Assembly (NCBI GenBank): GCA_002269645.1
Contig: NIVC01003129.1
Location: forward strand, 1-64,000
DNA length: 64,000 bases
Source: Macrostomum lignano
Taxonomy: Eukaryota
Direction: 5' to 3'
Shown in pieces: positions 34,991 to 47,500 of the stretch (position 1 is the stretch's first letter; each line of letters begins with the position of its first letter). The position numbers were made by a program, and so were the translations under genes. The notes under the pieces are model-generated. The model was not told where the DNA came from, made no database searches, and was given only the letters and a program-made list of their open reading frames with translations.

Positions 34991-35842
34991 CCGATTGCAC
35001 ACCTGTTAGCAGCAGCAGCAACTCCTGCACTGGCGCTGACAGGCGCGGATGATGCAGCCTGCCAGCTGGAGTCGCCTACGACGCAGCGAGTCGCTTGTCT
35101 CATGGCCCGGGCCCCCGCTCGTAAGTCATTGTGTTATTCTGCTCTCTCTGGGGCCCAGGGCCCATTGGAGCCCTGCGCGCCGCGTCAACCTGCTCAGTGT
35201 AAGACATCCCATGAAACAGCATCTTAGGATGTCTTACACTGAGTAGTATTGAGTCGTCCCTGGGTCGCCGCAATCCCGGTTGCACTGCGACTCCGGAGCC
35301 TCACTGTACGTCCTTAGAGGTTGCCACAATGGCGGCCGATGCCAGCCTGCAGTCCCGTATAGGGAAAGCTGGCATTTGAGCACACGGCCAAGCACAGCTG
35401 CCAGATCATGCTGCTAGACACGTAGATCCATCCTGTCCCATCTTTGCTGTAGTCGCCAAGATGACGAGTGATCTTTAAAATTTCTACGTCTGGTTAGTCC
35501 GAGAAGCGAGCGTGAAGTCCAGTTTTTAGTTCGGTTAGAGTAGCACTTGGGTTCACATGGATCGCCTCCTCCAGAAAATCCAGCATCTCTTGATCCACGC
35601 TCACGTGCTTACGACCTGACCTCCCTTTGGCATCCTTGCAGACCTTCCCTCTTCACACTCGTGTATTCATTCGGTAGTTCGTTTGATTCCCATAGCACGA
35701 GCGAGGTTTACGTACAAAGCCGTTTTCATGTGTATATCAGATGTAAGTTCTGTGGTGTGTACGAGCATATACGAGTATGAGCCTTTTTCGATCATTATCG
35801 CTCATTCGTGCAGTCGGCATTCTCAAAGAAATAGCAGCTTGT

Positions 35843-35892
35843 GGTTAGGGTTAGTGTTAGGGTTAGGGCTAGGGTTAGGGTTAGAGTTAGGC
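35843..35892 (+). repeat. Short interstitial TTAGGG-like run
   Basis: GGTTAGGGTTAGTGTTAGGGTTAGGGCTAGGGTTAGGGTTAGAGTTAGG. Confidence 0.85.
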
Positions 35893-36797
35893 TTACTAAC
35901 AGCACTGTATATTATAGACGTAGGCACAAATGCTCACAATCATAGCATTGTTAAGGGACCTCCGCTTGGCACCTCCGCGAGGCAGAGGCTCTATACGACC
36001 GGTTGCGTTGAATTGTCAAACTATGTAAGTCACGGTTCTTCGTGAGATGCCCAACAGCCTATCGAAATCTTGCCAGTCCTCTCCATCCTGATAGGCTTGA
36101 ATCCTGTTATAAGGTCCACGCTGGGCCATTCTTTGATCTTGCTATGTATGTCTGTGGTGTTTTCTTTGCTATGGGCAAACTAGGTCGCAGTTTTGGCAAA
36201 ATTGATTGCAGTTTTGGCAAACTAGATCGCAAAAAGGTATAATATCCAGAGAAAGAATTTCGATCAATTGCACTTGTCGGAATTGATTGGACTCATGGTT
36301 TTATTCATCCATGATTGGACTTCTTGCAGTCTCGGCCATAGACAGAATAACAGGAATAGTCTTTTTAAAGCCCACTGCTTGAAATTGAATGCAACTGTCG
36401 CTTTCTTGTGGAAGTTTTTGTTGTATTTAAAAAGAGTCTCTTTTGAAAGCTTGGCATGGTTGTCGGAATTGAATGCACACCCTACCGACCGCTGCTATAA
36501 ACCTAACTCAGGCTCGTTACCGCTGCAACTTAAAACACACGCAAAGGCTACAGGCCTCGGAAGTGGTTTTAATTCAAAACTTGTACATACTGTATGTTTC
36601 CTCTGAAGGTGCACAACAATATTATGAGGTTCTCGCATTGACACGGCAACGAAATAGGCATGTAAATCAATTACTTGCTAGAATTGGGCTTACAAAGAAA
36701 ATTATTGTAAAATCATTCTAACTTCAGTTTCATGCACGAGTTGGACTGCAGTTTCCGACAGTCGAAAATCGAAAGCGCTGAATTTGAAGCAACAAGT

Positions 36798-39700
36798 TCA
36801 GGTATAGAAAATTGGGCCGCAGCCTCCTAGCTTCACCATCGCTGAGTCTGCAGGACAGCTGAAGGCTGACTGGAACTCAGGGATCAGCGACAGCACTCCG
36901 TTGACGCTGCAATTGAGCAGTGTTCATTAAACAATGCGAAGGTTAAAATTTGAAAAAATCAGCTTGAGTCATCGGCTTACTGAATATCCTCTGGCATGAG
37001 GCGGCCCAAGGCTCCCCGGATGTATGAGTACAGCGGATCCCGGGTGAAGCAGAATGTCTGCAATTTCAGTTCAGGCTTATGATACAGGTTCAAGTCCACA
37101 GTAAAGTTGTAACCCTCTCTTTACCTGTGCCCTTTCTTCACCTGTTCCCTCTCTTCACCTGTGCCCTCTCTTCACCTGTGCCCTCTCTTCACCTGTGCCC
37201 TCTCTTCACCTGTGCCCTCTCCACACCCGCCATTTCGGTACCCGTTTTTGACCCTCGGCCTCACCTGTGCCCAGGCAGTGAACAAAGACTGCATTTTGTT
37301 GAGATGGCCAAGCGGCAGCGGGAGCTCCGACCCACCCCCCTCGAAACCGGCGTAAGCCTTCGACACCAGCCGGAGCGCATCCGTCTCAGCAACTGCCGTG
37401 CGCAGAGTTCTCGAGATTATCGGGCTGATGTCCACCTGAGTGCGGGATGGTAATTATCACTTAATCAGTATGGGATTTCACACCGCTTGCCCCAGCTTGA
37501 TCACTCAGCCAGCAGCCCTGCCCCACAGAATCCCTCAGCATGTGCCCTCAGCCACCAGCCCTGCCCCACAGAATCACTCAGCCAGCAGCCCTGCCCCACA
37601 GAATCCCTCAGCCACCAGCCCTGCCCCACAGAATCCCTCAGCCAGCAGCCCTGCCCCACAGAATCCCTCAGCCACCAGCCCTGCCCCACAGAATCCCTCA
37701 GCCACCAGCCCTGCCCCACAGAATCCCTCAGCCACCAGCCCTGCCCCACAGAATCCCTCAGCCAGCAGCCCTGCCCCACAGAATCCCTCAGCCAGCAGCC
37801 CTGCCCCACAGAATCCCTCAGCCAGCAGCCCTGCCCCACAGAATCACCCTCAGCCACCAGCCCTGCCCCACAGAATCTCTCAGCCACCAGCCCTGCCCCA
37901 CAAAATCACTCAGCCAGCAGCCCTGCCCCACAGAATCACCCTCAGCCACCAGCCCTGCCCCACAGAATCCCTCAGCCACCAGCCCTGCCCCACAGAATCC
38001 CTCAGCCAGCAGCCCTGCCCCACAGAATCCCTCAGCCAGCAGCCCTGCCCCACAGAATCCCTCAGCCAGCAGCCCTGCCCCACAGAATCACCCTCAGCCA
38101 GCAGCCCTGCCCCACAAAATCCCTCAGCCACCAGCCCTGCCCCACAGAATCCCTCAGCCAGCAGCCCTGCCCCACAGAATCCCTCAGCCAGCAGCCCTGC
38201 CCCACAGAATCCCTCAGCCAGCAGCCCTGCCCCACAGAATCACCCTCAGCCACCAGCCCTGCCCCACAAAATCCCTCAGCCACCAGCCCTGCCCCACAGA
38301 ATCCCTCAGCCACCAGCCCTGCCCCACAAAATCCCTCAGCCACCAGCCCTGCCCCACAAAATCCTTCAGCCACCAGCCCTGCCCCACAAAATCCCTCAGC
38401 CAGCAGCCCTGCCCCACAGAATCCCTCAGCCAGCAGCCCTGCCCCACAAAATCACTCACATAGTAACTTCTGTTTCCAACCCAATACGGCCCTGCCGTCA
38501 AGTCCCAGTAGGTGAAGTTGACGCACTGCGCCTTCGCCAAATAGCTCTGCCTTGTCCGCTCCGACCACATGGGATTTGAGTTGCCCTGCTGGTCCGTGAG
38601 CTGGCCTTGAAAGAAGAGGTTGGGATTCGAATTTGTCAGAAAATCCCCTGTTCAATCGGCCGGTACCTAACTGGACTAAAATATAATCTCACAAGCACAA
38701 GGTGAATTTTAGGCCAATAGAATGCTCAATAGGAGTCCAATTAGAATCCCACTGGAGTCCAATTAGAATCCCACTGGAGTCCAATTAGAATCCCACTGGA
38801 GTCCAATTAGAATCCCACTGGAGCCCAATTAGAATCCCACTGGAGCCCAATTAGAATCCCACTGGAGTCCCATTAGAATCCCACTGGAGTCCAATTAGAA
38901 TCCCACTGGAGTCCAATTAGAATCCCACTGGAGTCCAATTAGAATCCCACTGGAGTCCAATTAGAATCCCACTGGAGCCCAATTAGAATCCCACTGGAGC
39001 CCAATTAGAATCCCACTGGAGTCCCATTAGAATCCCACTGGAGTCCAATTAGAATCCCACTGGAGTCCCATCGGAATCCCACTGGAGTCCCATCGGAATC
39101 CCACTGGAGTCCCATCGGAATCCCACTGGAGTCCCATCGGAATCCCACTGGAGTCCCATCGGAATCCCACTGGAGTCCCATCGGAATCCCACTGGAGTCC
39201 CATCGGAATCCCACTGGAGTCCCATCCGAATCCCATGTCCAGCAGCCGCAGCAGCTGCAGCAGCTCTGCAGTCACCAGTGGCATCCACAGCCTTGATCAG
39301 CTCAGCCGCCATGCGCTGCCCGATGGTGGCGAAATTGATGTAGCCCGGCAGCTGAGGGGAGAAGAACGGCCACTGCAGAATGCCGGCAGGAACTGTCAGC
39401 TGCGCTGTGGAAGTCATGGACAGCGCCACGTCGAAGGTGGCGCCGCTCCAAGCGGTGGCCTGTGGCACGGTGCCCAGCAGGGAGCCCTGCTTCAGGCGCT
39501 TGAAGTTCTGCCAGCTGATTGAGATGTCCATCATGGGGTAATCCGGGTCAACAGTGAGCTGTCGCGGCCGGGGTGCGTGAAAGTGCGAGAGTTTAGAGCT
39601 GACACACTCTAATCTAGAGTGACACATTTTAATCTGGAGTGACACATTCTAATCTAGAGTGACACATTCTAATCTGGAGAGACACATTCTAATCTAGAGT

Positions 39701-40343
39701 GACACATTTTAATCTAGATTGACACATTCTAATCTAGAGTGACACACTCTAATCTAGAGTGACACATTCTAATCTAGAGTGACACATTTTAATCTGGAGT
39801 GACACATTCTAATCTAGAGTGACACATTCTAATCTGGAGAGACACATTCTAATCTAGAGTGACACATTCTAATCTAGAGTGACACATTTTAATCTAGATT
39901 GACACACTCTAATCTAGAGTGACACATTCTAATCTAGAGTGACACATTCTAATCTAGAGTGACACATTCCAATCTGAAGTGACACACTAATCTAAGAGTA
40001 CTAAATCAAACATTCAGCATCATAATTTACGCTCACATCCTTGTAGTACTCGTCAAGAAACTCATCCCGGATCTCAGTCGGTGAGTAGCCGATCTTGTCC
40101 ACCACAGCCTGGATTTTCATCCTCATCTTGGCTCGTTCGGTGGACTCAATCCAGTCGAGCTTTTCAATGCCGCTGACGAACTCAGACTGGAGAGTTTTGT
40201 ACAGACTGTCCACCTGCGAAAGGGTTTTGTTAGAGTCAGCACTCGGAATGACTGCTTGGAGGCTGCTGGCCCCGAGGCTCATGGGCAAATCTGATTTCAC
40301 ATTCTAGAGGAAGAGAGATGAAAAGAGGGAGAGAGGCGAAGAG

Positions 40344-40397
<54 letters not shown>

Positions 40398-43300
40398 GGA
40401 GAGGGAGAGAGACGGAGAGGGAGAGAGATGAAGAGAAAAGGAGAGAGGCGGAGAGACGGAGAGGGAGAGAGAGGGAGAGAGGCGGAGAGGGAGAGAGATG
40501 AAGAGAAAAGGAGAGGGAGAGAGAGGGAGAGAGATGGAGAGAGATGGAGAGGGAGAGAGAGGGAGAGAGATGGAGAGGGAAAGAGAGGGAGAGAGGCGGA
40601 GAGGGAGAGAGAGGGAGAGAGAGGGAGAGAGAGGGAGAGAGATGGAGAGGGAGAGAGGCGGAGAGACGAAGAGGCAGAGAGAGGGAGAGAGGGGAGCAGG
40701 GCAGAGGTCAACTGCCAAATCGGAGGTGCTCCTTAGGCCCGAGCTCAACCGGGTACAAGTGCAGCCGGTGCAGGATTCATATCCGATATTTATCGCAATA
40801 AGAAATTTACTCTTACGCATGAAACATTTGACAAAACCGAAGTTTGCTAAATTATAACCAGTTTCGTACTAATTGGAGCTCATTACTTCCCATCAGAGGG
40901 AAAGGGGAGATATACCGGTCGAAGAATTATAATCAGAGATCAGAGAGAGCCTGGGGCGAGCTGTACAGAACAAACACAAGTCCCGACCCACAGCCTGCTT
41001 GCTGGAGTCCACCAGGTGGTCCGCAACGAAGAGACTGTTGAGCCCCAGCAACATGAAGGTCTTGGTGCGGTCCAAGCAGTAGTCCAGCCTGCTCTGGTAG
41101 ATGTAGCTGCTGCTGGACAGGCTGGACTCAAACTCGCGCTTGGCGTGAACGTAGGCGCTCGACAGGTCACCGCTGTAATTGCGGATCACCTGCCAATTCA
41201 GGTAGTTGGACAGCCTCCTGTGCGGGGGAGCATGGGTGTGGCATTAGCTGACGGTGACAGGTAAATCCTGTGTCTGTAGCGGGTAAATACTGTGTCTGTA
41301 GCGGGTAAATCCTGCGTCTGTAGCGGGTAAATACTGTGTCTGTAGCGGGTAAATCCTGTGTCTGTAGCGGGTAAATCCTGTGTCTGTAGCGGGTAAATCC
41401 TGTGTCTGTAGCGGGTAAATCCTGTGTCTGTAGCGGGTAAATCCTGTGTCTGTAGCGGGTAAATCCTGTGTCTGTAGCGGGTAAATCCTGTGTCTGTAGC
41501 GGGTAAATCCTGTGTCTGTAGCGGGTAAATCCTGTGTCTGTAGCGGGTAAATCCTGTGTCTGTAGCGGGTAAATAAGTTTATAGCTCATAAAACGTGACT
41601 CCTGCCTCTAACAAGAGGGACTCCCTGTCTGGCAATGAGAACTCGGTCTCAACGGGAATCCACCTGCCTGTTATAATCGACTGGGTGCAGCAACCTGATG
41701 GTCTCCCCAACGTAGGTCATCGCCCGCGTCAGGTAGTCAGCCGTCTGCACTGCCACCCTGGTGGAGCCCTGCACCCCGGACTCGAGGGTGCCGCTGAACA
41801 GCGCAGACCACCTGATTGGCTGGTAGCTCGAGTCCATCTCAGTCAGGCTGATTTGGTTGCCAGGGGCCAGCGGCGGCTTGTCGGGGTCCGGTCCAACGGC
41901 GTTCCTGCTGAACTGTTGGTATTGACAGTGGGACGGTGCTTTGGTAATTGGGAGAATTCTCCCCAACCATATTTCCCTGCTAGGTGAATTCTTCCACAGA
42001 GCTCACATTGGCGAGGGCCGTCTCGATCTCCATGACGTCGAGCACGAAGTTCTCGATGCGCGCCGTGACGCCGTTCGGATTATCGACCGTGCCGGGCTCG
42101 GCGTCGGCAACCAGGAGTTTCGCTGTTGCTCTCATGTACTCCTTGTAGGACTCGCGCTGCCTGTGATACTGGAAATAAAGTACTCTCTGACCCCGTGTAC
42201 TCTCTGACCCTGTGTACTCTCTGACCCTGTGTACTCTCTGACCCTGTGTACTCTCTGACCCTGTGTACTCTCTGACCCTGTGTACTCTCTGACCCTGTGT
42301 ACTCTCTGACCCTGTGTACTCTCTGACCCTGTGTACTCTCTGACCCTGTGTACTCTCTGACCCTGTGTACTCTCTGACCCTGTGTACTCTCTGACCCTGT
42401 GTACTCTCTGACCCCGTGTACTCTCTTACATCCCAAGTGATCTCTGCCCCACATGTACAGCCATTTCCCTGTGTCCTTTCTTCAGTCGCGCACCAGTGCA
42501 CAGACAGCTGCATCCAGTACTCACAAAGTCGAACAGGTACATGGCAGGTAGCATGCCGATCCCGCCGTTGTAAATCTGGAAATAAGGGCGAAATAAGCTG
42601 ACTTGCCGCACTCAGAGCAGAGCACCTGAGCTTCAGGACCTGAGCTTCAGGACAGGCAACACCCTCACCGAAATCGTGTACCGGCCTCCGTCAAGCGGGT
42701 TCGGCTCCACCCGGTACTCGAAGAAGGCCGAAGCTCCGTAGGTTTTCACGGCGGAGAGCAGCTCGCGGTCCAGGTCGAACTGGCCGACCACCGAGCCGTT
42801 GATCACGTAGAACTGACGCCGCAGCAGGTCGGCGAACAGGGCGCCGCGCACCCGTTCGATTCGAAAGTCGTCAATGCAGGTGCCGAAAATTGTTTTCAAC
42901 TTTCGTTCGTATGAGTCCGCCGAGTTGCGAACGATCGGCGAACGGAGGGCGGCCTCGAGCTTGTCGGCGTTCTGCCTGATCAGCTCGCCGCTGACCGTCC
43001 GCTCGCGGTAAGCCGGGTTTATCGGCATCACCTGCTCGGCAGCGCCGCAGGCGAAAGCGTAGAAATTATCGCATGGGCTGGCCGAGCGGTTGAGGAAACT
43101 CACCTGGGGAGAAATGGTGGCTTGAAGTTTAGAAGTACAGGGAAACTGCGAGCTGTGATTCCAACCGAGGGAATCGGTGGGGAATCGGTGGAGAATCGGT
43201 GGGGAATCGGTGGGGAATCGGTGGGGAATCGGTGGGTAATCGGTGGGGAATCGGTGGGGAATCGGTGGGTAATCGGTGGGGAATCGGTGGGTAATCGGTG

Positions 43301-43814
43301 GGGAATCGGTGGGGAATCGGTGGGTAATCGGTGGGTAATCGGTGGGTAATCGGTGGGTAATCGGTGGGGAATCGGTGGGTAATCGGTGGGTAATCGGTGG
43401 GGAATCGGTGGGGAATCGGTGGGGAATCGGTGGGTAATCGGTGGGTAATCGGTGGGGAATTGGTGGGGAATCGGTGGGGAATCGGTGGGGAATCGATGGG
43501 GAATCGGTGGGGAATCGGTGGGGAATCTGACTGCAGTGGTCCCTCACCAGGTAGCCGGAGCGGTACAGGCAGGCCTCACTCTGGCACGCAGTCTCGACCC
43601 CACCACCGCCGCCAGCACCGCCGCCGTGGGTGGCAGCCAGGGCGATGACCACAACCAGCAGCAAAACGACAATGCCAGCCAGGATGTTCTCAGCGATGGA
43701 GTGCCTGGCCGGGTTGAGCTGCTGCCGGACCCGCTCCCAGATCCTGGCGGTGACTGAGCTGGTCTCGGGCTCCGCGTACATCTCCATGTTGATGGACTCT
43801 GGATCGGCAGCCAT
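36798..43814 (-). CDS. Neprilysin/ECE (M13) homolog, predicted inactive; 12 exons: 43814-43548, 43103-42669, 42575-42525, 42168-42007, 41912-41695, 41217-40992, 40213-40037, 39558-39276, 38605-38460, 37435-37265, 37057-36981, 36906-36798 (~773 aa)
   Basis: Type II TM, C..EAC, SASPCDNFYAFACG, LSNYLNWQV, KIGY, PAGILQWPFF, INFATIG, HVNGVLSLIPEFQSAFSCP. Phases are consistent throughout. Confidence 0.9.
37120..37215. repeat. 17-bp repeat containing a copy of the adjacent donor site
   Basis: TTCACCTGTGCCCTCTC; its minus strand GGGCACAGGTGA equals the exon 10 junction. Confidence 0.9.
37490..38460. repeat. 30-bp minisatellite in neprilysin intron 9
   Basis: CCCTCAGCCAGCAGCCCTGCCCCACAGAAT. Confidence 0.95.
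38735..39235. repeat. 22-bp minisatellite in neprilysin intron 8
   Basis: GGAGTCCAATTAGAATCCCACT. Confidence 0.95.
39595..39990. repeat. 20-bp minisatellite in neprilysin intron 7
   Basis: GAGTGACACATTCTAATCTA. Confidence 0.95.
40305..40700. repeat. GA-rich tract in neprilysin intron 6
   Basis: Direct inspection. Confidence 0.95.
41260..41575. repeat. 22-bp minisatellite in neprilysin intron 5
   Basis: GGGTAAATCCTGTGTCTGTAGC. Confidence 0.95.
42180..42425. repeat. 17-bp minisatellite in neprilysin intron 3
   Basis: GTACTCTCTGACCCTGT. Confidence 0.95.
43165..43527. repeat. 11-bp minisatellite in neprilysin intron 1
   Basis: GAATCGGTGGG / TAATCGGTGGG. Confidence 0.95.
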
Positions 43815-44501
43815 TGGAGCAACTGTTTGGGGGCCAAGAGAGACAGGAGTTTGAGTTGAGCTCGGCGACAGTGCCTGCTGGATCAAAGTGTGCTTTAGAA
43901 CAGAGCAGAGCTGAGCACTTTTATTCTCCGCGCTCCTTTGAGTCGCTATCGCTCAGAGCTCAGATAAGGCGCCAGTGGCAGCAGCTCAATTGTTTCGATT
44001 GAGAGCAGGCGGCACACCAGCTGAGCACCTTCATGTCAGGCTTTTTTCATTTTCTAAGCAGAGTTTCCCTTGAGCAGTAAAGTTTTTGATAATGAAAAAA
44101 TGTTATGGGTCGAGCAGCAGCTTATCTTTTTCTTAACGAAACTGGGCAGAAAGGCGAGAGTCAAAGTGAAAGCTCAGGCTAATTCTTTCTGATTTCAGAT
44201 ATTTTATTTTTCTATACGTTTCAGCTCGCATATTGATTTGAATAGTCTGTATTCTTTGTGTAAATTATTTCAAAGATTACATCTGGCTAGCAATCCATGT
44301 AAAATACGGATCCAGATGCCAGTCTTAGTGCACCCCGGCTTCGACACTGGAATGCAATGCTTATCGAACGGGACTCTATGGTCGCAACCAAACGATTGCA
44401 TTTACAATGGAGCTGATGGATCCGCTGTTCCAAGTTGGCAATCATCAAAAACTTAATTCAGAGCGGTCGAAAAAGAATCAAAAAATAATATTATCGGAGA
44501 C

Positions 44502-47500
44502 ATGCACGGGTTCGGATATTTACTTGTCATGCTGGGGTCTCTGTCCATTGTGCTGCAGCTTCTGGCCGCATTTGGCTCCGCCGTCGATTTAGCGACGACT
44601 AAGAATCAGCAGAGCGGCGCCAGCGAAAATAGCCAAGAGGAGCTTGAGACTCAGGCCAATGCGGCCCAGCTGCAGGCGATGGAAGCCAACCCGGATCCCT
44701 ACAAGCACCATGCTGTGCACTTGTGCAACACTAACTTGGACTGTCTGGCTATGCACGGCGGCTGCAGCCACGACCAGTACATTGGGGACAGCGAGGCCAA
44801 GTGAGTGCTGGGCTGGATATTTTTATTGCTTGTGTTTGAGACCCCCCGCACACACGAACACAGCGGGGGAGGAGGGTGGAGGTTAGCCAGACCCCAGGCA
44901 CACGAGAACACACCGGGGAAAGTAGGGGTGGGGGTTAATAAGGCCCCAGGCACACAAGAACACAGCGGGGGAGGAGGGTGGAGGTTAGCCAGACCCCAGG
45001 CACACGAGAACACAGCGGGGAAAGGAGGGGTGGGGGTTAATAAGGCCCCAGGCACACGAGAACACAGCGGGGAAATAGGGGTGGAGGTTAATAAGGCCCC
45101 AGGCACACAAGAACACAGCGGGAGAGGAGGGGTGGAGGTTAGCCAGACCCCAGGCACACGAGAACACAGCGGGGAAAGGAGGGGTGGGGGTAAATAAGGC
45201 CCCAGGCACACACGAACACAGCGGGGGAGGAGGGTGGAGTTTAGCCAGACCCCAGGCACACGAGAACACAGCGGGGAAAGGAGGGGTGGAGGTTAATAAG
45301 GCCCCAGGCACACAAGAACACAGCGGGAGAGGAGGGGTGGAGGTTAATAAGGCCCCAGGCACACAAGAACACAGCGGGAGAGGAGGGGTGGAGGTTAATA
45401 AGGCCCCAGGCACACAAGAACACAGCGGGAGAGGAGGGGTGGAGGTTAATAAGGCCCCAGGCACACAAGAACACAGCGGGAGAGGAGGGGTGGGGGTTAA
45501 TAAGGCCACAGGCACACAAGAACACAGCGGGAGAGGAGGGGTGGGGGTTAATAAGGCCACAGGCACACAAGAACACAGCGGGAGAGGAGGGGTGGGGGTT
45601 AATAAGGCCCCAGGCACACAAGAACACAGCGGGAGAGGAGGGGTGGGGGTTAATACGGCGCGACGGCGAGATGATCCCAGTAGAGCTTGTCACACTGGTC
45701 GAGCTCTGCTCCACCAGAAACTATGAGCTGCTCGTGGCAGGTGACATCAATGCCCACCACACCCACTGGGGCAGTTCTGATATAAACCAGAGAGGTGAAG
45801 ACTTCCTGGCTTATATTGCTACTACAACCCTTGAGTTCTGTAACTCGGGTAGTACCCCTACCTTCAATAACGGACGCCGATCGGAGGTGCTGGATGCCAC
45901 CCTCGCCACGCCCAGGCTCTTCCAGAGCACTAGGGAATGGCGGGTGCTTCCTGAGGCGTCCCTCTCCGATCACAAGTTCATCTCTTTCACGCTGGCCAGC
46001 GCCCGTAACGCAGGCCAGCTTTACTGGAAACGGAATGCTAGGAATACCGACTGGACCGCCTTCAGGCTTGCCCTGGAGGAGACCTATCGTTGCACTAGCG
46101 CTCCAGTCTCCATCAACACCTGCGAAGAAGCAGATGAATTTGCGGCCGCACTTACGGACTCGCTCACTGCTGCCTTCGAAGCCTCATGCCCACTAAAGGC
46201 ATATAAAGGCAAACAGTCGGCCCCATGGTGGAACCCGCAGCTTGGCGACCTCCGTCGCAGAGCCAAAAGGCTTCACCGCAGGGCCCAAAAAACTAAAAAC
46301 CCGGCCGACCAAACCGCCTACCTGAACTCTATCCACGAGTTCAAGAGGCAGGTTAGGAACGCCAAAACCAACAAGTGGCGCGAATACTGTGAGGAACTTG
46401 AGGGCTCCCGCCCCACCTCCAGAATCGTTAAAGCCCTCACCCTGGACAAAATGTCCAAACTCTCCTCAGTCAAGAGAGCCGACGGCTCGCTCACTGAGAA
46501 CCCAGGAGAAACACTGGAAGCGATGCTAACAGCGTTTTTCCCGAACGAGCCAGCTAGGCCCGGCCCCCCTGACCACTCAGTGGGCGGACACGTACTGGCT
46601 GACTCAATCATCACGGAGGACCGCGTTACTAAAGCTGTCTCCTCCTTCAAACCCTTCAAATCCCCAGGACCGGACGGCGTTGTGCCAGCCTTCCTGCGGG
46701 AGGCGGTGAAATGCACCGGTTTCCTGCGGAACCTTTGCCGGCTTCTGAAAGCCTGCATTGTGCTCGGCTTTGTTCCGAAATCCTGGACCGAGGCCAAGGT
46801 GGTCTTTATCCCCAAGCCTGGCCGACCGGACTACCGGTCCATTAAATCCTTCAGACCAATTAGCCTCACCTCCTCATTGGTGAAGCTGTTAGAGAGACTG
46901 GTGCTCTGGCGCCTCCTCTCTGTGGAACTGAAGAACAAGCCGCTCAGTGAGAACCAGCATGCCTTTCGGGCAGGCAGGTCCACGGAGAGCGCGCTTCACG
47001 TTCTGGTTGACATGCTGGAGAAAGCCGTTCTTGGTAATGGCTACGCTCTCGCTGTCTTCCTCGACATTGTTGGAGCCTTCGATAATGTCCTCTTTGAGGC
47101 CTTTGACAGAGCTCTACGTGCTAGAGGAACCCACTCGCACCTCACCCGGTGGATCATGTATATGATCAGCCACCGTACTGCCACCGCACACCTGTTGGGC
47201 CACCAACGGACGGTAACCGTCTGCAAAGGCAGCCCCCAGGGCGGTGTCCTCTCTCCAGTTCTCTGGAACATGGTCATCGATGAGCTCCTCCAGGACAGCC
47301 ATCTTGACCCCATCCTCAAGGTCGGTTACGCCGATGATGTCACAGCCGTGGCATCCGGACCGTCACCTGAAACCCTTAGAGATCTTTTGCAAAACTTCAT
47401 TCGCTCTGCTGAACGTTGGGCGGACAGGTGCGGCCTCAGGCTCTCCGAGACCAAAACTGTCGCGATCATGTTCACCAGCAGGGTAAACTGGCGTATCCGC

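Noticed and set aside
40214-40303. Longer neprilysin exon 7 starting NVKSDLPM (ORF track 40001-40300)
   Set aside because: The downstream acceptor gives DSSKQA|VDSLYKTL, which fits the M13 helix without an insertion.
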